Positions 14,174-28,177 of a DNA stretch of 64,000 nt are shown here, in pieces. Source of the DNA: Paecilomyces variotii (lineage: Eukaryota). The translations under genes were made by a program, and so were the position numbers. The stretch lies in the NCBI GenBank assembly GCA_004022145.1, contig RCNU01000005.1; one strand, written 5' to 3'. Positions within the stretch are counted from its first letter, which is position 1. The number at the start of each line of letters is the position of its first letter. The notes below the pieces were generated by a model. It did not search any database and was not told the DNA's origin. It saw nothing but the letters and a program-made list of their open reading frames with translations.

Positions 14174-15851
14174 ATGTCCACACAAAGCAATCAAGGCGAC
14201 TATCGATACATAGACGAATGCGCTGAGCGCAGAAGTTCTCTGTCCGAGCAGAGCCATACATCGGAGAACACCGTCGAGTACTCAATTGAAGATGATTCAG
14301 AAGCGGGTTTATATCTCCTCCATTCGGACTCGTCAGGGTCTGATACAGATGGGAAGGCTTGGAACCAGTCTAGTACAAGTATCGTGCGGACGTTAGCAAC
14401 CTTCTGGAGTTTCGCACTTATGGGGGCCAACGATTCTGCTCAAGGTGTAAGTTCGACTGTTCAAATCTTCAATGTGGATTCTTAGCTCACCAGAACGTCT
14501 CTAGGCATTGATGCCATATGTACCGAACCATGCCTATCCCCAATACTTAGACTTCGTGTAGATCTGACAAGATGTGCAGCTCGAGACATGGTATGGCCTC
14601 TCATACACGACGGTTTCGTTGATATTCCTAGCCCCCCTGGCCGGTTCTGTTATCGCTGCCTTCCTCAGCAGTCGGATCCACTTCCGCCTGGGCCAGCGGG
14701 GACTTGCATTCATCGCCGGTAGCTGCCACATTACTGCTTACACCATCACCGCTTTCCATCCTCCGTACCCGGTTGTTGTTTTCGCGTTTATGATCGTGGG
14801 GCTTGGTAACAGTCTCTCCGACTCCGCGTGGAATGCATGGATCGGAAATATGCGCAGTGCGAACCAGATGCTAGGCCTTTTGCATGGTTTCTACGGAGCG
14901 GGTGCTATGGCGAGTCCGCTTATTGCTACGACCTTGGTCACAACACCCGGGGGAAAGTGGTATCACTTCTATTATATGATGGTAGAGCTTCTGATGGATA
15001 GTATTTGATCTGCTTCTGACAATACTGGCAGGCCGCGATTGCAATCATCGAGACAGCCACATCTGTCGCTTCATTTTGGAAAATGGACGGGCAGGCATAC
15101 CGTGAGGCTAATGTTGGGCCACCTGAACCCAAGGATGGGAACATGGGAGAGACTCTATTCGACAAGAAAAATAGGAGGGTGACTTGGCTCTGTGCACTGT
15201 TTATTCTGGGGTATGATGGAATAGAAGTCACTCTTGGTGGCTGGATCGTGACCTTCATGATGCGAGTTCGTCATGCGGATCCTTTTGCTTCTGGTATCGT
15301 CGAGATGGGGTTCTGGCTAGGTAGCACTGTAGGAAGCGTTGCTTTGGGCTTCGTAACTCCGCGCATCGGAGAGCGATTGGCAGTTGCCGTAAGTGCGATA
15401 GGGTCCATCCGCGGGCCACATATCTTGATCTATATTACGGCCGTTCCGTCGAACTGAAGCTGACTGCATCTCTTTTCACCAGATTTACTTGCCTACCCTC
15501 ATAGCTCTACAAGCGATCTTCTGGCTTGTGCCCGAGTTTTATGTTTCTGCTGTTACAGTTGCTCTTCAGGGGTTCTTTCTCGGTCCGCTTTATCCAGCAG
15601 TCGTAGTAGCGGTCACGCATCTGCTTCCTCGTCATCTGCATGTTGATTCGATTGGCTTCGCATCCGCTGTTGGCGGCTGTGGTGCAGCTGGGCTTCCTTT
15701 CGTGGTAGGAACTCTTGCTCAGGCGAACGGAGTGAAAGTCTTCCAGCCATTCGTAATAGCCATGCTAGGTGCTGTCCTAGTCATCTGGCTGTGTCTACCG
15801 CTGGAACCGAAGAAAGAGAACAAAAAGCCGATAGAAATGCAAATGGCGTGA
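14174..15851 (+). CDS. MFS transporter (FucP/Bsc6-like)
   Basis: FALMGANDSAQG-ALMPY-LETWYGLSYTTVSLIFL, LHGFYGAGAMASP, GIEVTLGGWIVTFM, GFFLGPLYP; many hydrophobic helices; five exons with canonical splice sites. Confidence 0.85.
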
Positions 15852-17538
15852 CTGGGAAGCTCCAGATTTAAGGCGCCGGGCGCTAGATTATTTTCGACAC
15901 ATTTAGACAGTTAATAATACACTAATAGATTTACTACAATGCATCAGCCAGCCGCATTCGATACCCGAAGCGGGAGCATACACAAACGGGAGAATCGTGC
16001 AACTTCAACGTATAACACCCTATTTGGCTACAATCGCGTAAGGCTACATTTCTATTAGCTGGCATAATCCAGTGTCGGTCCTTTTGTGCAAATACGATAA
16101 TCAAAAAGACCCATGACGAATTCTTCATGACTCGTAGTATGACAGTTCTTGTCTTTTGGAATATATGTAAGAGCTTAGTAGATGAAGAATTTATTCAATA
16201 CCGCTACCTAACTATGAAATACCATTAATTGGGTCAGAGTATTTCCGCAGATAGAACTGAGAATGGAGCAGTACCGCACCGTTGTCGAACAATGAATAGT
16301 TACCATCCAAGACCATAAACACTCGGCTTCTGTCGGTTTCCAGCAATCACTTCCAGTAACTTCCCGAAGTCTTTCTATTTCTTATCGAGACTGCAGAACA
16401 GAATAGATGACATCGATTCGACCATCATACACCGGAGTCAACTCTTACACCTCCGGACGGACCGATACTGTCGTAGACCACGACTGGCCATGGTACATAC
16501 TTAACTATGTGGATTTATTTCTTGGCGAGCTCGACTGAGGATAGATATGTTGCGTCATGGTTATAATAGTTATATCTTGGGATTAGATTCCAATATGATG
16601 AAATAGAGAGGTATATTAAGCTTTACATCCAAGGGATTGATTAGGAATTAGACATGGAATTGAGAATTCGGGATATTCATATCAACTCATTGAACGAGGG
16701 CTGTTAGCAACGTTGCATGCGATTCACTACGACGTTGACGGAACGGCTCCTGTCCTGCGCCATTAGCACAGCTCACTTTCGACCTCTGAGAGTCAATTCG
16801 GGATTCTAACTGAAAAGTAATGTGATTTACGTTGTGAACCTTGGATTCGGCCGTAATGCCGCTGGGACGAAGTATATATAGACTCACGTGCAAGTTAGTT
16901 AGTTAAAAATGTCACTATTACGCGCCATCTAAGAGCAATGTTGCGAGAGTATCCATAAGTATTATAGAACGAAGAAAAATATTATTGTTCTGGCCTTTTT
17001 TAATTCGCTCACCAACCTCTCTGCGACTCTAGTTGCATCGATAGGTTTCTGCAGGGGGTGGTCTAGACCAGACACTCTATCTCCTGAAGAACCGCTTAGC
17101 GGCATTGAGAAGTTCCTGGGTCTTGTCTGTTCTTCCTATGTCATTGTTTAGCTATTCGTGATCTTCAAAGTACCATAAATGCTGGTTGCTCGTGTTCTCT
17201 ATATTTCCGCCATCAGAGTCCATAGATCAACCTTCTCGAGTGAATGCGATACTGATATTGTTGTTACCCTCACTGGCTGATTTTTGTTGCTATCATATAT
17301 AAGCTTATCAGATGCAGACTGTGGATGATTGCGAGGGTGCTCATCATTCTTCGGAGCTAACTGCATGGTCCATTGAACAGGGGAAATATACCTTGTCTGG
17401 GGTATTTGCGTATTGAGTGATCTAATCTGATTGTTCCTAAGGATATTCACTCGGAAATCTATCAAAACAAAAGTCGTCACTTTGCATTTCCACCATATAA
17501 TAAAGAAGGATGCTCCCAACCTAGTTTAACCCCATACC

Positions 17539-18366
17539 TTATTTCACTTCTGCATATACCTGTAACGCATCATACAATTGCCCAAAAAGACCTCCATGCC
17601 AACTTCTCAACTCCTCCCATTCACTCTCCGGTAGAGTCACGCTCATCATCCGCAGCCACCCACCGACAATCAAGTCCGCATAACTAGCCCTTGTTCCGAG
17701 TAGAAAGGGCCCACTAGTATCCCTTGAGAATAGCTCAGCCAGACCACCCAACGTATTCCGGAACGACTCTTTCGTCTTCTCTCGCGCCTCGCCAACCAGC
17801 GCAAAATCATCCCAGGACGTGAAACCCGCGCGCCTGACGAATTCCGCCCTACTGATCTCAGCAGTAGCTGGATCGAACGGAAGACCCTGAACCCCAAGCT
17901 GTACATGTGCAGTAAAAGCCGCGTCGACATTCACATTGAACTTGGCGTATTCTGGAAACCCACTTTCGCGACACTCTGTAAGCGGTACAAGTAATGCAGG
18001 ACCCTCCGGCAGGACGAACTCGAGCTTTTGAGGCGGGAAAAGATCGCCCGCTCCCGAGTCCGGATACGTGTTCTGTAAGTAGACTGCGATATCGAAGGAG
18101 TCGCCGACCAACGAACCAGTGGTGCGATCCTCGATGATAGGTAAGGTGAAGAAGTCTGTGCCATCGGCGAATTTGCGACAGGCTGGTACGTTGAGATTGC
18201 TGCGGACTTTCCCGATATCGGGCAAAGGGACCCATGAGGTCGAGTATGGGAGATTTTTGAAATTGAGCGCCAGTCGGGTTTTCCACGGGTTTGGAGAGCA
18301 GCAGTTTTTCTCCAGGGGGGCCTTCATGGCGATGTCGTAGAAGATGATAGGGCTGGTCGTCGACAT
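17539..18366 (-). CDS. Glutathione S-transferase-like protein (fungal GSTFuA / LigE-like class)
   Basis: Intronless 275-aa ORF with SPNPWKTRLALNFK, FTLPIIED, GDSFDIAVYL and GPFLLG..SYADLIVGGWL motifs. Confidence 0.85.
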   Translation of the reverse strand: MSTTSPIIFYDIAMKAPLEKNCCSPNPWKTRLALNFKNLPYSTSWVPLPDIGKVRSNLNVPACRKFADGTDFFTLPIIEDRTTGSLVGDSFDIAVYLQNTYPDSGAGDLFPPQKLEFVLPEGPALLVPLTECRESGFPEYAKFNVNVDAAFTAHVQLGVQGLPFDPATAEISRAEFVRRAGFTSWDDFALVGEAREKTKESFRNTLGGLAELFSRDTSGPFLLGTRASYADLIVGGWLRMMSVTLPESEWEELRSWHGGLFGQLYDALQVYAEVK

Positions 18367-19838
18367 GGTGAATGATGGAAATACTGTATGGTATGGTAAG
18401 AAAGAAGAGTTTTTTTTTTTTTTTTCCTATGGGCTGGATATTGTATTTTTTGATAAGGAAAATGGCTTGATAGTTGAATAGAGATTATTATGTATAATTT
18501 GTTCAGCTCGCGGTTACTGAATTTCTTCATCCAAGTGCACACTTATTTCACGCCGGCCCCGGATGCGGAGACAACCCAGCTAGTTTTTTTATAGAGCTTA
18601 TGGTACAGCCAATTCTTTGAAACCCATTGGTGAGGGAGAAGAATAATATGATAATGGGATTATCTACATCAGAGTGAGCAGCCAGCCAGTAGATGATGAT
18701 AAAGGATGCAAAAAAAGACCATACTGTCTAAGTACTCAACCTACCACACAAATCAGCATCACTTATGTTTTAACGCGTTCGGCAAGGCGCCAACACAACA
18801 TGCACTTGAAGTCATCGTAGTCGGAACCGATCCGATTCAAGCGCCAACTCCAGGAAATAAGAATAGCAAGATCAAATCCAGAATAATAGCTAGGAGAACC
18901 AGGGAACAACACCAAACTCGTCCGACTATCTCGTGGTATCGCTGATTTTGAACTGGTCTGAAGCAGCGCATCCTTCGTGTTATCACGGCCTCTTTGCACG
19001 ACTGAAATATCAATGCAGCGCACGTACATATGCACAGATCAGAATCAGATAAACTAAATAGATAGATAACCACAGCTGAGAAGTGGCGTGTCTACGGAGT
19101 ACTCCGTACTACCCTAGGATAGATACAGTATTGAGGGGCCGGTTAGTCTAGATATGGTCTTTTTTTTTTTCTTTCTTCGAAATTTCTTTCTCCGGAGTCC
19201 GATGCAATGCTACGTTGGATCTCCCCAGCCCCAAGCCACGCGCCGGCTGGCTTCGTTTCGCAGCGGCGGCGCTGATCCCCCCTGAGGAAAAAGAACCCCG
19301 CGCAGCCAAGGTTTTGTTTCACCTTCCGGTCTTGTCGTTCTGCTTTTTCTGCTTATCTATCGGGACCGGTATCACATTGATGCAGAGAGGCGGTCTGATT
19401 GTGTACCGTGCGGTGATCTCCTCAAGATGCGATTGGTTTCCATCGGTGGGTAAATAATAATCTCTTCAATTGCAATCAATCCAAAGTAGAGAGACAGCTG
19501 TGGTAATCTAACTAGCACAGATGCATACCACAATGCAATAATGCTCACTCCCTGCACCAGTGGGTCTTTACTTAAGTAGTGATCCGCAAAAGAAACGGCT
19601 CGCAATCGGCGTGATAGCCAAGAGTAATGACGATCGAGTGCATGTAATTAATCTGCTATAACAAGAGCCGCTATCTGCTCCTATCTTTCTTCCAAGGGAC
19701 ACTTCGCGAAGTTGTCTTCGTGGAGCAGGCGGATTTATCGCGTTGTTTACTTACAACCTCTCATCCCTTGCTTCCAGGCCCTTCCCTTCGCGGCTCTTCT
19801 TCGTTGCCTCAACTGTTAATTAATTAATTAACAACAAC

Positions 19839-21896
19839 ATGTTGGGCTACGGAGTATTGCTACTGCCATTGGCGGCGGCAATTGGCAATGCGGCGAACAT
19901 CGATGCGATCAAGCGTCAGCTGCCGAATGAGCCGACCGGCGTGAAGACCATCACGTCTCCGAATAATGTCACGATCCGGTATAAGGAACCTGGCAAGGAG
20001 GGAGTCTGCGAGACCACGCCCGGTGTCAACTCCTACTCCGGATACATTGATCTCGCGCCGGATTCGCACACGTTCTTCTGGTTCTTCGAATCGCGCCATG
20101 ATCCTGCCAATGCTCCAATTACGCTATGGCTGAATGGTGGTCCGGGCAGTGACTCGTTGATTGGGCTTTTTGAAGGTAATAATAATAATAATAATAAAAT
20201 AAAAGCGCTGGTTCGGAAGATAGTTAAGCTATGTCTGGACACGAGCTGACAGAAGAACAGAACTTGGACCGTGTCACGTCAATGCTAGCTACGATAGCTA
20301 CCTCAACCCGTACTCATGGAACGAAGTGTCCAATCTGTTGTTCCTGTCTCAGCCTCTTGGTGTCGGTATGTACAGTAGTACATACATAGAAACCCATTAG
20401 ATCCCCCCAGTTGACAAAGTGCGCGGCTAACGCGTCCGATAGGATTCTCCTACGCTGAGAAAGAACCCGGGTCGCTGAATCCTCTCACTGGCGAATATGA
20501 GGATCCATCCTTCGCTGGCGTTCAGGGTAGATACCCAGTGATCAACGCGACTCTGATCGGTATGTTGCTCTGGCATATTCACCTTCCATAGATATATGAT
20601 TGCTAATGCCCTAATAATAGACACGACCAACCTCGCCGCCGTAGCTGCATGGGAGGCTCTCCAGGGATTCTACTCCGCTCTGCCGCAGCTAGATTCAGAA
20701 GTGAAATCCAAGAGCTTCAACCTATGGACGGAAAGCTACGGCGGTCACTACGGACCTGCCTTCTTCAATCATTTCCACGAGCAGAATGAGAAGATCGCAA
20801 AGGGAGAATCCCAAGGCGTCCAACTGGAATTCAACACGCTAGGTATCATGAATGGTATCATCGACGAGGCCATCCAGGCGAACTACTATCCTGAATTTGC
20901 CCGAAACAACACATATGGCATCGAAGCTGTAAGTTTTGAGTGAAAAATTTCCAGCTCTACTACAAAAAGGGGTTAAAATCTAACATGGAATTTTTTTTAT
21001 AAAGGTCAACGAGACTGTGTACAATTATATGAAATTCGCCAATACCATGCCCAATGGATGTCAGGATCAGGTTAGTCTGTGCAAGCAGACGAACCGGACT
21101 TCCCTGAGTGACTATGCCCTTTGCACGGAAGCTACCAACATGTGCCGAGACAATGTTGAAGGGCCATACTATGTATTTAGTGGTCGGGGCACCTACGATA
21201 TCCGCCACCCTAGCGCTGTAAGTTGATGATGACATCCAAAAAAGAAAAACAAGATAAGCACAAGGAAAAAGAAAACTAACAGAAACCTCTCAGGACCCAA
21301 CTCCCCCCAGCTTTTACGAACAATACGTAACCCAAGACTACGTCATGAACGCCATCGGCGTAGACATCAACTACACCTCTTCCAACGACGAAGTCTACTT
21401 CGCATTCCAACAAACCGGCGACTTCGTCTGGCCCAACTTCCTAGACGACCTCGAGGAAATCCTCGCTCTGCCCGTCCGCGTCTCCCTCATCTACGGCGAC
21501 GCCGATTACATCTGCAACTGGTTCGGCGGAGAGGCCGTCTCCCTAGCAGCTAACCACTCCACTGCAGCGAATTTCCGCGCTGCCGGCTACGTCCCCATGA
21601 CCGTTAACGGTGTCGAGTATGGCGAGACTCGCGAGTATGGCAACTTCTCCTTCACTCGTGTCTATGAGTCCGGGCATGAGGTGCCGTATTATCAGCCTAT
21701 TGCTGCTCTGCAGCTGTTTAACCGTACCGTCTACGGTTGGGATATCGCTAAGGGCGATACCAAGATCTGGCCAGAGTATAAGACCAATGGCACTGCGAAG
21801 GCTACACATACGGAGTCCTACGTCCCTCTACCGACGATCGCGCCCAATGCTACGGTTGGAGTCGGTGCGGGTCAGATGCCTAATTATCCCGCTTAA
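19839..21896 (+). CDS. Secreted serine carboxypeptidase (family S10)
   Basis: Hydrophobic signal peptide; [14 protein letters not shown] (Ser), GDADYICN (Asp), SGHEVP (His); multi-exon with canonical introns. Confidence 0.95.
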
Positions 21897-22576
21897 GGAA
21901 CATGGATGACGGATCTCGCCGTCCCGGGCATCTTGGTTCCATTCGTTTCTGTATATATTCTCTTTGGTTAGCATTCGGCTAACTGTATCCCGTCGTATTC
22001 TTTTCGACACGTACCACCAACCTCATAAGAGGCTGTTGATTCGTACATATAATCATGAGATGTTAGTTACCTTTGCTTCTCAGAAAGACTCCGTGAATAT
22101 AAACGAGTGTAGTTGCACTACGTGGTTCTAGTATTTTTCTTAGGTTTAGTTAGACGGCATTAGTCTGAAAAAGCCTGACCAAGGGACGTCGAGATATCCC
22201 AACAGGTGGAAGACATCAATTTATGTCAGTACACAAAATATGTCGACTTGGTGATATACCCGATAAACGGTGATAAACCAAGTCAAAAGCTGATATCCGT
22301 AGTCATGGATGTTTTCGCGCAATGATAATTTCAACGCTCAGAAACCACCGAAATGCTAAGGAATGAAGGGGACAAAGAAGTGAGTGCTCCGAGTGGGCGA
22401 ATTATGAACACATAATATTAAAATAACATCAACATGGGTATAGGGGCCTCCTGTTCCGGTCCATTAGGAATCGACTACGCATACCGCAGTCATAGCGTCA
22501 TTCGAACAATCAACGGAAATTGTCTTCCACTCGTTCACAACGACATTGTTCCAATCAAGGCAGAAAGGACACAAAA

Positions 22577-24282
22577 TTAAGCGACGGCCTCATTTTTGTT
22601 CTCTTTCGTTGTGCCTGACAGCTCAGTCCCTGTCAAAGCATCAGGGGCGACCTCTGTGACGTTCTCATCCGAAAACTTCACATCATCCACGATATCGATG
22701 GATTCTTTGATCTTGAAGAAGACAACTGGGGACGCAATGAGGATGCTGCCCGCTAGAAGACCCCAGGAAGCAGCGAACTCTCGAATGAAAGAGGTGCCCA
22801 TGGCGTCCATACTGTGATGATAATTAGCTACGAGAGCTGCGGATTTCGATGTCTTGATAGCTCTTACCGCCAAGTAATCGCGGCACCTGCCGACTGGATG
22901 CCCTTGTAGAAACCGGCAAAGTTTGCCAGCTTTCGGCTGTTGTTTGTGAGGGCGCCCATGTACCTAGGCCATCGTCAGTAGAAGATACTGGAACTATACT
23001 TTCAATGAGACTCACCAATAAGTGCAGGTCTGGAAGGCAGCGTCATAGAAGCCATAGAACATGTAGAGAAACATGGGGCCAACATAGCCACGGTCGGCGA
23101 AGTCCTTCGGAAGATCAGCTTGGGTGGGGAGCGAAGAGCGCGTGTACGTCTTCTGAAAGGCGTAGCCTCCACCCCAGATGCCCATGGTCAGGCAGAAAAG
23201 GATGACTAGGTTCAGTTTGGCACGGAGAGTCCGTGACAAGAAAGGCAAGTCGAGTAGCTGGCCCATAACAAAGGCACCAATCATCTGGCTGACCCAATAG
23301 AGACACGAATTGAGCGCGCGAGTTCGAATGTCGAAGTAAGCGCCATTAACGCTGTTGAACTGGTATGCGGTGAACCAGTTACTGGAAAGAAACATGGGAA
23401 AGAGAAGGACGATATAGTAGTCCGTCTTTAGAGTCTCCAGTAGACCCTTAATCTCGGACATCCATGTAGGGTGCTTCATCACAATGACTCGGGTATGATC
23501 CTTGCGCATGATGTACTTGGAATCCGACAGACCCCAGGCGAGCACGAATCCAACTGCCATGAGAACCAAGAATGCGATATATGTGCCATCATTCACCGTC
23601 CCAGCGGTCGAATGCAAGTTCTGTGCCAAGGGTACCTAATTTATGTCAGTGCCCGAATCTTGCGTTGACGCCTCTGCCGTGTCAGACTCACCAAACTGCC
23701 AATGACACCACCTAGGTTGAAAATGACCCAGAAGACGGCAATGAACTTGCCCTTGTCCTTCTCTAGAGGATAGCTCATCATCACGGCCCCTTGTGCACAC
23801 CACAACAAACCGGCACAAACACCCAGCAACGCACCAGCGAAGACGAGGAAACCGACATTCTGGTTGTGGTTATAGGAGAGCAGCGAAGCCACATAGAGGA
23901 AGTATCCAAAACCACCAAATGAAAGCGTCAACTTCAAGCCAATGCGGTTTGCGATCGAACCAGCGAAGAAACCAACCACGGCGAAAGTACTGTATAAGGC
24001 GGTGTTGGAGTCACTAACGTCGTTCGTGCGGAGTTGACCTGCTCCGCCCAACCCATTGACCGCATTGAACATGCCCGGACATAGGAAACACACGAAGGAC
24101 ACAAGAAGGAGCTGAGTCTCCGGCGAGGCGAACCATGGCAGCGTCCACCGTCCGATCTTCAATGGCTTGTACATCCATGACGGACCGACGACGGCTGCAT
24201 CATGGTTGGGATCCTCCACATCGACGCCGTTGGAAGTCGCGGCCACCTTCTCAGTCGTGTCCGCCGAAGCTGGGAGACTCAT
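22577..24282 (-). CDS. ngt1: UNC-93-like MFS membrane protein, probable GlcNAc transporter (Ngt1 family)
   Basis: FLCPGMFNAVNGLGGAG, GLLWCAQGAVMMSYP, FNLGGVIGS, LLFPMFLSSNWF; four exons; divergent from the GlcNAc-6-P deacetylase. Substrate inferred from family and context. Confidence 0.8.
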
Positions 24283-25806
24283 CGAGCTGGATATTTGCGC
24301 TTGCCTGTGTTACGGTGATCTGTCTGATACAGGCCGTGAGCTTCAACTTCAGACGAAAAGGATAACCGATCACAGTAAGATCCGACAACACTCTGAATCT
24401 CGAAGACAGATCGGTGTATCCCAAGGCAAAAGATGGCAAAGAAAGGGACACTGCGATGGAGAGGCACTTGTACTCACCAGCTCCTTTTGAAGCTTTGCGA
24501 TTATTATTATTGATATTATCAAGTATTTATTAATAGGTGAGATAGGGATAGATTAGGGACTCCAATGCGCGATCGGATGGGCTCCACCGGTTCAGATCTC
24601 TTATCTCTCCGTCGTCGTACTTATGTCAGACTGGAGCAGACTGGAGTAACGAACAGAAGAGATTTGATGTTGCGTGAAATCGAGAAGAGGAGAAAAGGTG
24701 GAGGTTAGCTTTGAGAACACAGCCAGGGTGACAGGAGCCACAGTGACAGCAGGTCGCACGAGGCGTCGGCGATGTCACGAAGCGCAAACTGAATTTCCAG
24801 CCAGCGGCGCTGTCGTTATCGACGGGATGATGGACCAGCTGGCCTCGCGACGGCGTGCAGACGAGAGACACAGCCAGTCAGTCGGCGCTTGTTGAGATAA
24901 AAGGGTTGCGCCCCGGATCGCACGGTGACATCGGGGGCAGATAAGGCACCCCGCAACCAGTCAGTTGTTAATTATTTGTTGGTCCCGGAAAGAGGGTAAG
25001 TGGAATAATGAATAACTAATCCAGAGAATGCAGCTTGTTGGACTTTGGTTCCCTCTAGGGCGCCTTGTTTGGTCTGGGGCATCTGGAGAAACTGTCAGAG
25101 AGACGGCGTCTGTAAGTTACAGCCCGCGGTACCAGCTGATACTTACCATACCGGTATCATGATTACCATCCAGCTCTTTACCATAGTTACTAGTTATCTA
25201 GTAGTAACTAAGTAACTTATTCCCATTCACACCATTCACTACTACTATCGAGATCCTGTTCTTTCTGTGATGTGATCCTTCCTCTTTGTATGGTAAGCCA
25301 ACGTGCCATGTGTCTGCACTCTGCAATCCCAACGGCCCTTCCCGGCTCTGAGGTATGCTCGATGCTGGATCCGGTCGCATTCTTCGACTCTCGGTCGGGT
25401 CCAGATGCCGACGTCACATCTCGGTCTCCTCTCGGTCTCTTTGGAGATCTCCTGCGTGACGATCCAGGGTAGCTTGGTTGGATCTGATCTGATCCAACGA
25501 TGGTTCTGCTCCCATTGAATGCCGTGGATATTCGTCTCGGTTCCATGCACCGGGTCCTTTGAGCACCTGGAACTTCAAGACGTCGCAACCATGGTCCACT
25601 CGTTGCGAATTTATAGATAGAGCAGTAGTTTTTTCATATCCCCTCGTAGTCTTCTTGTCTTAATATCTGACCCATCGTCCTTCTGCTCTTTGTTTCTCTC
25701 ATCCTGCACTGCTGGATGAGTAATCTGGAATTTGGGATTCTTTGTTGCTGATCTGATCGTCACTAAGTCGTTAGTCGCACGTTACTTAACTATCCGTATC
25801 TCAGCA
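24283..25806. promoter_or_regulatory. Bidirectional promoter ngt1/dac1 with HGATAR sites and candidate shared motifs
   Basis: Head-to-head ATGs; AGATAG 24540, TTATCT 24601, AGATAA 24895 and 24939; CCAGGGT at 24723 and 25464; CCGACGTCACA at 25408. Confidence 0.6.
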
Positions 25807-27201
25807 ATGCCCCATATCGGTGACCCCACGTCCATCAGGCCATCCATCGCTGACGATGGCCCAGCTCCATTTATCACCAAGTTCACCAACTGCCGCATAC
25901 CAAAGGGCAAAGAACTTGTCGAGCAGGACCTGTGGATCGACTCCACGTCCGGAAAGATCCTCAAGGACCAGGAAGCCTTCTATGAGTTGAAGCTGTCGCC
26001 CGACCAGGTCATTGACCTAGGTGGCCGCATCCTTGCGCCAGGCCTGATTGAAAGCCAGCTCAACGGTGCTTATGGATTTGATTTCTCTGTTCCACAGAGC
26101 TCTCGCGCTGAATATGAGGAGGGTTTGAGGGCGGCGACTAGAGCTTTGGCCCGTACCGGTGTCACGTCGTACCTGCCCACGCTCGTCAGCTCGCTTCCGG
26201 AGGTTTACCGCAAGGTCTGCGCAGCCAAAATCATGTCTTAACGGATCGTCACTAACAATGATCACTAGGTCCTCCCGTCTCTAGGGCCATCTGGAGCTAG
26301 CAGACGTGCAGAAGATGGCGCCGAGTCGCTAGGTGCACATGTTGAGGGTCCGTTCATGACTCCGGGCCGACATGGTTGCCACAAGGAGGGAATTCTGCAG
26401 GCTTCAACAAGGGGAATTATCGATGTGATCGAATGTTATGGCGAAGAGAACATTCCCGAGACGGAGACATCGATCGGCCATGCCGTTGCTCCCAGTCCGA
26501 TCAAGATGATCACAGCTGCTCCCGAGGTCGCCAAGATGACGTCCAACATCCGTGAGATCGTCTCTCGCGGGATCATCTATTCAATCGGACATTCGGATGC
26601 CACATATGAGCAGGCTCTTGCGGCGATCAAAGAGGGAGCGACTACCGTCACCCATATGTTCAACGCGATGAGGCCCTTCTACCACCGCGATCCTGGCATC
26701 TTTGGTCTGTTGGGTCAGAGCGAGTATCGTCGTCCATACTATGGGATTATCGCGGACGGTATTCACCTGCATCCCACAACGATCAAGATCGCTTGGAACG
26801 CGCATCCTGACGGTCTGATCCTTGTCACAGACGCCATGAAACTCTGCGGCCTCCCGGACGGAGTCTATGAGTGGACGAATGGCGAGCGCATCGTCAAGAA
26901 TGGTGCCCGCCTTACTCTAGAAGGCAGCGACAAGATTGCCGGTAGCTCTGCTACCCTGATCGAGTGTGTGAACAACTTCCGTCGCTGGGCTGGAGCGACG
27001 ACTGCGGAGGCAATCAATGCCGTTACTGCGACGCCCGCACGCATGCTGGGCCTCGAAGGTATCAAGGGCTCTCTAGAGAGCGGAGCAGATGCGGATCTAG
27101 TTGTTCTGAGCGATACAACGGATCCGTTCAGCGGACCAACGTTGACAGTCGACCAGGTCTGGAAATTCGGCTCCAAGATATATGATGCCGGCAAACAGTG
27201 A
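25807..27201 (+). CDS. dac1: N-acetylglucosamine-6-phosphate deacetylase
   Basis: PGLIESQLNGAYG, GAHVEGPF, SIGHSDA, THMFNAM, IADGIHLHP, LVTDAM, IAGS motifs; one intron at about 26215-26268. Confidence 0.95.
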
Positions 27202-27896
27202 ATTCAAGATCTCTTGATGCCCGTGTAACAGTGACGCAGTCGTGTACACCAAATACCAACAGCAGAGACACAGGCCCAAACCAAAATGAGCCGAAAGGTA
27301 ACCGAAACCAATTGCTATTAACTCACGGTACGACCCTTAAAGCGTGGGAGACTCTGCTACCATAAACAAATCACCATCTCACCATCCTCCTTCCCCTAAC
27401 TGTACCTGTTACCTGCCAATCGCCCCGTCAAGTTCTTGTTAAAAGGCGTTCTCATCATCCTCGCTCATTATCCTCCACACACTACCATCTGATGCACATG
27501 TACCACTTTACGATGATTCACAGATACCAATTTTTGTCAATAGAAAGCCTATCTCGATGCATACATATTACATAGAATGGAAAATATAGACGTTAACATA
27601 ATCAAAAGGAAACAAATCTACCTCCTATACTTCCCAAAATAGAACCCTGATCAATACCCCGCAATGTACGACATAACTACATGACTCCATGATTCCAAGG
27701 TGGTACTCCCATAGATCTGATGATGCACAGAACCCTTTTCCCCGCATCAACGATAACTTCCCTTATTGGTCAGTTATCGCCCCAGACGCCCAATACATAG
27801 TAGAACTAGCCAAGTAATACTCAACTGCGCACGCGACTACCTACCTTAGGTAGGTGACATATACATATGTAGCAGATACGTACGACATGCAGATTT

Positions 27897-27900
<4 letters not shown>

Positions 27901-27934
<34 letters not shown>
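27901..27934. repeat. (CT)n microsatellite
   Basis: Uninterrupted CT run read directly. Confidence 0.95.
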
Positions 27935-27936
<2 letters not shown>

Positions 27937-28177
27937 ATATCATAGTTGGTTCATGTATGTATGTACAGAATCCGTCGAGATCCTCATCCTTTGCTATCTG
28001 GGTCCAAAATATCGGCTCGAGATTTAGCAAGACTAGAAGGAGAGGGGAAACACAAGGTTAAGAGAGAAGAGATGTGTGTGGATATCCTAGCATTATCTAC
28101 GTCTGTTCGTCAAAGGGCGAGGAGGGGGGTATAATAAGATAATATAATACACAGATGAGGTAGCAAGCGACGGAGAT

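Noticed and set aside
9437..18366. Secondary-metabolite cluster (methyltransferase + MFS + GST)
   Set aside because: No PKS, NRPS, terpene synthase or repeated RiPP precursor seen in the window.
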